64,000 nt of DNA from a virus. This document shows positions 56,675 through 64,000 of the stretch, piece by piece. Made by a program: the position numbers and the translations under genes. The DNA lies in the IMG/VR virus record IMGVR_UViG_3300032516_000013, positions 26,333-90,332 of that record; one strand, written 5' to 3'. Numbering within the stretch: position 1 is the first letter of the stretch; each line of letters starts with the position of its first letter. Below the pieces are notes generated by a model. That model had not been told where the DNA came from. It searched no databases and was given only the letters and a program-made list of their open reading frames with translations.

Positions 56675-58243
56675 TTATTTCCCCTGAATATACTCCATAT
56701 ATTCTTCAACTTCCGTTTTTCGACTTCCCTGATTTTTCTTCGTCACTTCATTTATACTCTTTTCAAGAACCAGTTCAATAACTAAAGTAGCTTTTGTTTG
56801 CCCACTTCGAAGCATTCGTCCAATACACTGCTTCCTAATTTTTGGACTAGAAATAATATCCCAAAACACAACCACTTCTGCCGAAAATCCGTCCCAACCT
56901 TCTGCTCCAGCAGCTTCCTGAACCACAGCCCCTAATACCTCTGGATCCTCCTGAAATTGCCTTTCGAGCTCCGATCTCTCTTCTGGCTTCAATCCTCCCT
57001 TTAATCGAATATACCTTGTCCCTTGCTTCTGCAAAGCTTCACAAAGGATATCCCCAACTTCCTCAAACCTATGAAACACAATCATCTTCTTCCCACAATC
57101 AAACAATTCCAGAACTGCCTCCAATTTTGGATTTTCTTTCAGCCTATAAGCCACCCTATTGTTTCTATCTTCGTTAAAATAAAGAAATCCGTCTGTTAAC
57201 TGCTTCAACTTAATAACTTTTGTAGAAGCTTGAACAAATATAGCAGATAAACCTAAAACCTCCAATGGAATTCCACCAATAACCTTCATTTCTAAATCTT
57301 GAAACTCTTTGGTCGGTTGCAATAATAAAACTTCTTCCTGACATTCCGGCAAATCAAAACACTCTTTCCTATCAAAACTAAGAGAAGATGTTGCCCATTT
57401 CTCCAATAAACGATCTTTCTGCTCCTTTGATTTAATTTGCCAATCAAATCCCCATTTAGTAAAATAACTACTTCGAAAACCCAAAAAGTTCCAGCCAAAA
57501 GTCTTTCCTAAATCCAAAACTCTGTAGATATTAAATAATTCCAGAAGGCATCTATCCACAGGGGTCCCGGAAAGCCCCACAGTAAATTTTGCCCTTTTAC
57601 TTAACTCTAAGCATATCTCAGATTGTAGTGCTGAATAATTATTGCATCTATGTATCTCATCAAAAATAATGCAGTCAAAATGAATAAATGAAGTTTCATC
57701 AATCTTCCAACTTCGAGACTTCTCTTTAACAACCAAATATTTTCCTGGGTTTTCCTTATCCAGAATTACTTTCCTCCTATCATCTTCTTTAACTAATTCT
57801 GAAGCATCTTCAGCAGTCAAATTCCCTTTCAAAATCGTATAACCAAGTGTTTTACCTAGTTTTGCAAATACTGTTTTCAAACTTTCATATTGTAGGATAG
57901 ATACACATTGTCTCTGCAGTATTTTAGCCTTTCGCTCTGATGTTTCTCCTGAAATAATTTCATAGGAGTAATTGGTTTTCTTTGCATCCCGCACCCACGC
58001 AGAAATAGCCGAGCCTGGGCAAACAACAAGGATTTTATGACATCCCCATTGCATAGCTGACCAATATGCTGTAAGAGTTTTTCCAACACCGACGTCCATC
58101 CAAAAACCTATGCGTTTTTCATTGGCAGCAAAAGCCATGCCTATCAGTTGATGCCTATAAGGTCGGGTCTTCTTAAATGGAAAATCCTTATAAACCCATT
58201 CCAAATCTTGCAAAGAAAGAGATTTCCAATTAAAATTATTCAT
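56675..58243 (-). CDS. SNF2-family (SF2) helicase
   Basis: PY.HQ, DVGVGKT, FDEIH, LSGTP, K.IVF, G.EG, Q..GR..R.GQ; probable start MNNFNW. Confidence 0.88.
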   Translation of the reverse strand: MNNFNWKSLSLQDLEWVYKDFPFKKTRPYRHQLIGMAFAANEKRIGFWMDVGVGKTLTAYWSAMQWGCHKILVVCPGSAISAWVRDAKKTNYSYEIISGETSERKAKILQRQCVSILQYESLKTVFAKLGKTLGYTILKGNLTAEDASELVKEDDRRKVILDKENPGKYLVVKEKSRSWKIDETSFIHFDCIIFDEIHRCNNYSALQSEICLELSKRAKFTVGLSGTPVDRCLLELFNIYRVLDLGKTFGWNFLGFRSSYFTKWGFDWQIKSKEQKDRLLEKWATSSLSFDRKECFDLPECQEEVLLLQPTKEFQDLEMKVIGGIPLEVLGLSAIFVQASTKVIKLKQLTDGFLYFNEDRNNRVAYRLKENPKLEAVLELFDCGKKMIVFHRFEEVGDILCEALQKQGTRYIRLKGGLKPEERSELERQFQEDPEVLGAVVQEAAGAEGWDGFSAEVVVFWDIISSPKIRKQCIGRMLRSGQTKATLVIELVLEKSINEVTKKNQGSRKTEVEEYMEYIQGK

Positions 58244-58421
58244 TATCTTCCACGTCATTAGTAAATTCCACAAAATTGTTGTTCCTTCCACAAAATGGAT
58301 CGCACCAACCTTTTCCATCTTCTATATATCGAAAGATCAAATCCTTTATTGGTTTAATAGAAAATGTCCAGGCGGAAGGCATTGACCAAACTCTATTTAT
58401 AATAACAGACATACAGTTCAT
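58236..58421 (-). pseudogene. Truncated adenine methyltransferase-like remnant (N-terminal part only)
   Basis: R.W.MPS..TF.I.PI..LI.RY......DPFCG......TND; stops before any DPPY-type motif. Confidence 0.5.
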
Positions 58422-59293
58422 TAAAATAATCTCCTATTTTTAGTTCTTGCTTGCATAAGAGAAACAAAACCCAATTCTTCAAACATAGGATTAAGCTTTT
58501 CCCAATCAAAATCTTTCACTTCCATTGCTTTAAAATCAATATCCAAAGGAACATTTCTCCTTATAGTTACAAGATCTTTACTTAAGATAAAATCTTCTTT
58601 GCCATCTCTTAATTTCTGAGCTGTCTTTTCATTAATTGAATCAAGATTTTCATAAATGTTTTCTGAAGAACACCAACATTTTAAAAGCTCAACTGCTTTC
58701 TTTGGACCAATCCCTCGAATACCCGGAACATTATCAGAAGGATCTCCCTGTAAGGCTAGAAAATCAATAAACTGAGAAGGAAAAACACCCCACTTATCAA
58801 ACACTTCCATAAATCCAGTCCGAATATCCTTGTTTATATCGAGAACATCAACATAGCTCTTTTTAACTAATTGCAAAACATCTTTATCACGTGTACATAT
58901 TGTGACCATAATATCCCGATCTTGAGCTTTTTCCACAATAGTCCCGAGGATGTCGTCAGCCTCGTAGCCAGGTGCATGATAAACAGGGATTCCCATAATC
59001 CCCAATATTTGCTCGATGCGTTCTATTTGCTGAGAAATTCCTTCAGGCATATTCTCAGGACGATTGGATTTATACCCATCAAAAAGTTGCTTACGAAAGG
59101 TTTTAAAGTGACTATCCATAGCTACAGCCAGTAAATCCACAGAATAATTTTTCAAGAGTTTAAATAGTGTTTTCACAAACACATATGTAGCTGTAGTGAG
59201 TTCACCGGCAGGAGATGTTAATTGCTTTCCCATATGGGCAAAATAACTTGTATAAATCCACATATATCCATCTATCAAAAAGAGATTTTTCAT
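58421..59293 (-). CDS. 5'-3' exonuclease / flap endonuclease (Pol I N-terminal domain)
   Basis: LIDG, TFR....YK.NR, GYEADD, DKD..QL, L.GD.SDN.PGI.GIGPK.A. Confidence 0.92.
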   Translation of the reverse strand: MKNLFLIDGYMWIYTSYFAHMGKQLTSPAGELTTATYVFVKTLFKLLKNYSVDLLAVAMDSHFKTFRKQLFDGYKSNRPENMPEGISQQIERIEQILGIMGIPVYHAPGYEADDILGTIVEKAQDRDIMVTICTRDKDVLQLVKKSYVDVLDINKDIRTGFMEVFDKWGVFPSQFIDFLALQGDPSDNVPGIRGIGPKKAVELLKCWCSSENIYENLDSINEKTAQKLRDGKEDFILSKDLVTIRRNVPLDIDFKAMEVKDFDWEKLNPMFEELGFVSLMQARTKNRRLF

Positions 59294-60709
59294 TTAAGAT
59301 TCCCTATCATCTTCCTCTCCTCTACTTCTTTTCTTAGCAGAACTATTATACTCCCAACTACCTAAACAAAACTGCCCAATCTCCAAATTCATTGAAAACT
59401 TACAACCAAAATCCATTGCCCCATGACGATTCGCTAAAACCCACATAAGCATTCGATTCATTTCTGCCATCTCATCTGTCTGCGATAAAGCCAACACAAT
59501 ATCAGCATTACCCAATTTCCGAATATCTTCTGCAAAGTCTTTCTGATCAAGTTTGTGCTTTCTTAAAGCTTCTCGAGTAGTCTGGCTAACAGTTACAGAA
59601 AGAAGTTTCCTCTCATCAGCAATACCCTTCATTTCCATATACATATCATTTATAAGATCTCTTCTACCTTCTCCTGCTGGAATTTTCATCTTTTCTACAT
59701 AATCATTAAGCAAAATATCTGGAACAAATCCTTCAAAAGATTCCAAATAATCCAAATAACGAATTATTTCCCCCATGGTGCAAGAACCCATATCATATTT
59801 TTGTATAATCAATCCTCCTCCTAAACGTCCTATTTTTCTCCTCACGCTGTTGATCACCAAGTCTGAATTTGCAACCGTAGGAACCTCTACTGTCTCCATC
59901 TTTCCTAAACTTCCATCTTCTCCAGGATTTTCAATGCAGACATTATCCTTTAATTTCTCCAGTTCTCCAGATAAAGATCCGTGCATCATATCATAACGTA
60001 TTGCTGTATCGTTCAAAGAAAGCTCATGAGAAATATGCAAAACTTTCAATCCTCTCAACAATCCAAGCATTCCCAAATAAATGCATGCCCAAGACTTCTT
60101 TCCTTTGTATCCACCCAGCAAACATAGAAAATCCGTCCTACAAAGCCCTCGAGGGAATCTTTTGTCAATCGGTGGCATTCCTAAGTTAATAAGCTTTTCG
60201 CTAGAACTGTGAGGCATCAAATAGCCTGGAAAGTCCTCCTTGAAATACTTCAAACCAACTTCTTCATTTGCTATTCCAGATCTAAGAACTTTCTGCATCA
60301 CCTCTCGAGCTTTTTCAAAATCTCCATCTTTTGCCAATCTTGCTATATCTACAGCACCCTTTTCCATTTCCCGAGCTTGGCAAAATCGGTTTATTCTGGA
60401 AATAATATAAGCTCGATTAGGAAGATCTAACTCCTGGATTCTCTCCAGATAAGTCATAGTCAAATCAATGTCATCTTTGTTCCTTCCTTCCAAAAATCGG
60501 ATCATTTCATCTTTGAAATGCTTTCCTGGAGAAGTAGCAAACTGATCAAAAAAGTTGTAACAAATCTGAACTATTTCTTGGGTAACTTGACTGCCAAAAT
60601 AAGCTGGCTTAATAGAATGCCGAGCAGCCCTTACAAATCGATCATCAGAAATAGCAAGCAGAACAAAATAGTCCTGCACACGTTGATCAACCACACCATT
60701 CTTTTCCAT
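59294..60709 (-). CDS. Replicative helicase (DnaB/gp41-like)
   Basis: Variant Walker A GGYKGKKS, HISHE, DY, SQ..R, AED..K...AD, NR.G. Confidence 0.8.
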   Translation of the reverse strand: MEKNGVVDQRVQDYFVLLAISDDRFVRAARHSIKPAYFGSQVTQEIVQICYNFFDQFATSPGKHFKDEMIRFLEGRNKDDIDLTMTYLERIQELDLPNRAYIISRINRFCQAREMEKGAVDIARLAKDGDFEKAREVMQKVLRSGIANEEVGLKYFKEDFPGYLMPHSSSEKLINLGMPPIDKRFPRGLCRTDFLCLLGGYKGKKSWACIYLGMLGLLRGLKVLHISHELSLNDTAIRYDMMHGSLSGELEKLKDNVCIENPGEDGSLGKMETVEVPTVANSDLVINSVRRKIGRLGGGLIIQKYDMGSCTMGEIIRYLDYLESFEGFVPDILLNDYVEKMKIPAGEGRRDLINDMYMEMKGIADERKLLSVTVSQTTREALRKHKLDQKDFAEDIRKLGNADIVLALSQTDEMAEMNRMLMWVLANRHGAMDFGCKFSMNLEIGQFCLGSWEYNSSAKKRSRGEEDDRES

Positions 60710-60722
60710 ATTTCTCTCTTAT

Positions 60723-61469
60723 TTATTCAAAGAATTTTTGAAAATCTGTTTTAATATTTTCTGCTGGAAAAATCTTAATGTTTTTCTTTGGTATTTCAAA
60801 TCCTAAAGAAGCCCAAGGTTCTAAAGGTTCTAACCAATCTATAATTTCAGACAAATAAGTATCAATACCCAAATCGTTAGCAGTTCTCTGTAAATGCTTC
60901 AACACTAACAAATCCCAAGTCAATTCTTTTGCATCAAACTGCCTAAATACTGTTTTGCAATCAGAAATCCAACGAAATCCAAAACCATGTTTAGTTAAAC
61001 TAGCAACTTGATTTTTGGAAGAATATCCTATACAAATATGAGGCAACATACAATTAACAGGCTTCACAGCATGGATAGAACATTTGCCATCCTGTTGTCT
61101 CAAACTACACTTCTTAGTATCTGATAAGGGATAAGCCCACCAATGTTTCAACTGCTCATTAACTATCAAATCCTTTTGCAACAAATTAAATCGTAATTCT
61201 CGCACACTACTCAAGTCATAGAAATACTCAGAAGATGCCTGCCCAGATATAATGTTGTCAATAATCTGAACATCTGATGCTGTATAAATACAGGGAACTT
61301 TACAGCAAGAACCGCATCCAACACAGGCAGCACTTCTAAAAAACAGTGGAGAAATAACAACTTCCTTTGGTGGGATATATTGCTTTCTCTTTCTGGCTAA
61401 TTGAACAGTAAAGGGAATTTTTGTTAGTCTACCAATATAATCCAGGATGTAAAATAATGATTGATCCAT
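60723..61469 (-). CDS. YkgJ-like Fe-S/Zn cluster protein
   Basis: C.GCG.CC ... C.L....G.CSIH..KP..C. Confidence 0.65.
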   Translation of the reverse strand: MDQSLFYILDYIGRLTKIPFTVQLARKRKQYIPPKEVVISPLFFRSAACVGCGSCCKVPCIYTASDVQIIDNIISGQASSEYFYDLSSVRELRFNLLQKDLIVNEQLKHWWAYPLSDTKKCSLRQQDGKCSIHAVKPVNCMLPHICIGYSSKNQVASLTKHGFGFRWISDCKTVFRQFDAKELTWDLLVLKHLQRTANDLGIDTYLSEIIDWLEPLEPWASLGFEIPKKNIKIFPAENIKTDFQKFFE

Positions 61470-62135
61470 TTAATCCAAACCTGCAACAACTAAAAATTGA
61501 GGCATAAGTATACCCCAAGTATGATCCGAACATAAATGTCCCGGATAAATTGTTTCGCTCTTATTTACGTATTTCTTTTCCAAGCAATCAAGAAGATAAT
61601 CTACCCAATAATCTTCATGAATGTCTTTGTTTGAAAAGAATATCTCCATTTTAACTCGAGCTTCAACAAATTTAGTGTGTTCCTTAGGGCTAGGACTATA
61701 CTCTGAATTATTTATCAATGCCCGAAAAGCCCTAATTATTTTTTTAGTTAATTTAGGATTAGAGTCCTCCGCCATAGAACCGATACCTTTTTCTTTCATT
61801 TGCCTCAAGAGTGTTTCATACTTTTCACGAAACTTGTAAGCAGACAAAATATTGTGCTTCCAAAAATCATCCTCCTGTGACCATTCAAGAATCTCAATAA
61901 CTTCCCTTTGATCTTTCTTGTCACGATTTAACAGTTGATGGAAATAATAAGCTTGATTTTGCAAAATAACTGTTAAGGCTTCAGGATTGTTTAAATATCT
62001 TGCATATGTATTTCTTCTTTGGTTAACCAAATCAAATAATAACTTCCCAAACATATAAGCTATTGAATCTGAAGGGAAATTTTTCTTAATTAATCTTTGT
62101 GGGATTTTTTTCAATTCTTCCATATTTTTCTTCAA
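61470..62135 (-). CDS. Putative replication initiator/helicase-loader-like protein
   Basis: W...D.FW..NILS..KFREKY..L motif typical of phage replication-protein C-termini. Confidence 0.5.
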   Translation of the reverse strand: MKKNMEELKKIPQRLIKKNFPSDSIAYMFGKLLFDLVNQRRNTYARYLNNPEALTVILQNQAYYFHQLLNRDKKDQREVIEILEWSQEDDFWKHNILSAYKFREKYETLLRQMKEKGIGSMAEDSNPKLTKKIIRAFRALINNSEYSPSPKEHTKFVEARVKMEIFFSNKDIHEDYWVDYLLDCLEKKYVNKSETIYPGHLCSDHTWGILMPQFLVVAGLD

Positions 62136-62158
62136 ATAAATTTTTGTCTCTTTAAAAA

Positions 62159-62704
62159 TTATCTTTCCTCTAAAAACAAAAATCTTATTGAGTTTCTTAA
62201 ATAATCCTCGTCTTTTTCATTGATGTTTAACTGAACCCGAACTCGTTCTCGAAATCCATTAATATCCTTGATTCTCTCCTCTAAGCAAAGTCTTATGTAC
62301 TTTCTTTCCAAACGAGTAAATCTGTTTTCTACTAAATCAAGTAAATCAATGAATTCCTCAAAAGGAGTTACAAGGTGTTGGAAAGGACTAAGATCTTCTA
62401 AAACTGTTGTAGTAATTTTGCGATAAGAATACCAAACAATATCACAATAATGTCTTTCTAGAATAAACTGTATCCATGTTGAAAGTTTTGTTCCTTTGGA
62501 CTCATCCCAATTATTTAGAGCCTTTATACAAGCAGCATATCCTTCCTGTATGAGATCATCCAAATCGTACGCAGAAGGTTTTCTTATTTTTCCAAAAGCT
62601 TTGTAAGCCATCCTTTTGATTAGCTCAGAATGCTCTTGCAATAGCGAACTAGTATTTAGGCTACAATCCATGCGGATCTCCTTAATTTTGTATGCAAAGG
62701 CCAC
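62159..62704 (-). CDS. Sigma70-family sigma factor (region 2)
   Basis: DDLIQEG.....KA...WD.SKG.KLSTW. Confidence 0.8.
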   Translation of the reverse strand: MAFAYKIKEIRMDCSLNTSSLLQEHSELIKRMAYKAFGKIRKPSAYDLDDLIQEGYAACIKALNNWDESKGTKLSTWIQFILERHYCDIVWYSYRKITTTVLEDLSPFQHLVTPFEEFIDLLDLVENRFTRLERKYIRLCLEERIKDINGFRERVRVQLNINEKDEDYLRNSIRFLFLEER

Positions 62705-62897
62705 AAAGACCTTCTGTATGACAATATGATCCTCTCTTTACCCAAAGTTCCTTCCCACATCTCCAACACTTAATCAGAACACTATTCTTCTTTTCCTTAA
62801 GAACAATAACTTCTCCGGAAGTGGGATTCTGAATTTCCTCTCCATCTTTTCCTTTCACAACACTTCGAACTTTCTTAAGCAAATCTGACAACTTCAT
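62682..62897 (-). CDS. Small Zn-ribbon protein
   Basis: CWRC...C....LC..C. Confidence 0.5.
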   Translation of the reverse strand: MKLSDLLKKVRSVVKGKDGEEIQNPTSGEVIVLKEKKNSVLIKCWRCGKELWVKRGSYCHTEGLCGLCIQN

Positions 62898-62908
62898 TGG
62901 ATTCTCCC

Positions 62909-63205
62909 TTAAATTGCTGTAGGTTTTATATAATCCATAGCGACACCTAACCTTATTGCTGCTAGTTCTAACCCTGAAATTGGCTTCACATCATTGATTA
63001 AAACATCTCCCACAAGGATACTAAGTAAAAATGTTCCTGTTCCCTCTTCTAAATCAAAAGCCTTATCCAAATAACTTCCTCGAATAATTTCATAATCTCC
63101 TAATTCGGGTATTTTTTCCCAAGTTCCAAGAACTGGAGATTCACTATTAAAATCCGGAGCATCTTTCCAATCTTCTGAATTACCACATTCTTCGCCGTCA
63201 AACAT
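62909..63205 (-). CDS. Hypothetical protein
   Basis: 98-aa ORF with AGGGG RBS. Confidence 0.55.
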   Translation of the reverse strand: MFDGEECGNSEDWKDAPDFNSESPVLGTWEKIPELGDYEIIRGSYLDKAFDLEEGTGTFLLSILVGDVLINDVKPISGLELAAIRLGVAMDYIKPTAI

Positions 63206-63566
63206 GTTTTATCCCCTAAAACAGATAGAAGCTAAAGCCCCACAGAAATAACACAGCATTCCTCCAATAAGAGATGGTTCTGCACCTTTGCAACCAACTA
63301 AAACCATCCCAACACACCCAAATAATAGTGTTAGAAGGAACAACCTAAATGTCTTTGAAGATATATCCTGTCTCTTTGTCATTTTATCTCCAATTCTTTT
63401 TCAATTATAATTTGTAAATCCGTGATAGTCATTCCCGGAGTATTCCTCATAGAATAAATCCATTCTACTGCCGCTCTCCACGTTTCTTCTTGACCCGGAC
63501 AAACTGGTATAATACCGAAAAGGAGGTCGGGTTTTATTTTCCCGCCATTTTTCAAATTCTTTCATA

Positions 63567-63797
63567 TTATTCATTCTCCAAAATCGGTTCTGTTTCCAAA
63601 CCCTTTATCAAAGCTCGTATATACTCTTTCTTTTCCATAGGATCAGGAAATTCTCTTCGAAGGACATAATCCTTTATTGCGAGATCTTCCCTTGATTTTC
63701 TCGCAAAAAGTTCATCTCTGTCTAAAGGTCTACGTCTTTTGATTTTGAGTTTCTTTGCCATTACATCATTGCAATAAAAGCCATTATCGCCAACCAA
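63567..63797 (-). CDS. Hypothetical protein
   Basis: First ORF after promoter copy 6; probable start MAKKL. Confidence 0.45.
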   Translation of the reverse strand: MVGDNGFYCNDVMAKKLKIKRRRPLDRDELFARKSREDLAIKDYVLRREFPDPMEKKEYIRALIKGLETEPILENE

Positions 63798-63846
63798 ATG
63801 ATTTCGCGATCCATGTTTAATCCCTTATTTAGTTTCTCTCACTAAT

Positions 63847-63890
63847 TAAATTATACGGGATTTTTCAAGAAAACCAAATGAAATCTTAGG
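63847..63890 (-). promoter_or_regulatory. Repeated early promoter, copy 6
   Basis: CATTTGGTTTTCTTGAAAAATCCCGTATAATTTA, identical core to copy 1. Confidence 0.7.
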
Positions 63891-63917
63891 AAAAAGAAAA
63901 ATTTATTTTGTTAATTT

Positions 63918-63940
63918 GTGAAACAAACAATTTGCTTCAC
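63918..63940 (-). repeat. Repeated stem-loop
   Basis: Identical 23-mer. Confidence 0.75.
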
Positions 63941-63947
63941 TTGTTAG

Positions 63948-64000
63948 TTAACCAATAACAACACCTAAATTAACAAAAATTATTTCCATCTGTTCTTTTG
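63948..64000 (-). CDS. 3' end of a probable fourth pentapeptide-repeat gene (copy D; continues beyond the window)
   Basis: Identical to the copy C tail encoding [16 protein letters not shown]. Confidence 0.65.
   Translation of the reverse strand, partial: KEQMEIIFVNLGVVIG

Noticed and set aside
1185-61839. Numerous short plus-strand ORFs in the ORF track
   Set aside because: Antisense to well-supported minus-strand genes, with no motifs or RBS
1-64000. Alternative genetic code / stop-codon reassignment
   Set aside because: Core genes are full length under the standard code, all three stop codons terminate genes, and no suppressor tRNA is seen

Overview
64 kb of a large, AT-rich, T4-like (gp20/gp21/gp23-type head) tailed phage genome. 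Essentially every real gene is on the minus strand and uses the standard code. Read in transcription order (high to low coordinates), the window holds: (1) a replication/recombination block with a sigma factor, DnaB/gp41-like helicase, 5'-3' exonuclease, SNF2 helicase, methyltransferase-nuclease fusion, RNA ligase, primase, bacterial-type beta clamp and DnaX-like loader, UDG-fused family A polymerase, gp32-like SSB, UvsY-like protein, RecA, RuvC-like resolvase, SbcD and a split SbcC; (2) terminase genes with a GroES-like gene and a second sigma factor; (3) a putative DNA-modification cluster (DUF5664-like, two radical SAM proteins, a PLP enzyme, a Dam-like MTase and a stand-alone ligase-Ia domain); (4) an intein-containing portal, a tRNA-Pro and accessory genes; (5) a head module ending in the major capsid gene. 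Two things stand out. First, three head-region proteins (912, 1173 and 789 aa) look like polyproteins: unrelated small modules (Zn ribbons, a lytic transglycosylase, a GNAT) are joined by a recurring E-S-K-x-x-E linker resembling prohead-protease sites. Second, a family of repeated promoter/VNTR/stem-loop cassettes carries at least four length-variable pentapeptide-repeat genes. All functional calls come from motifs read by eye; no database searches were run.
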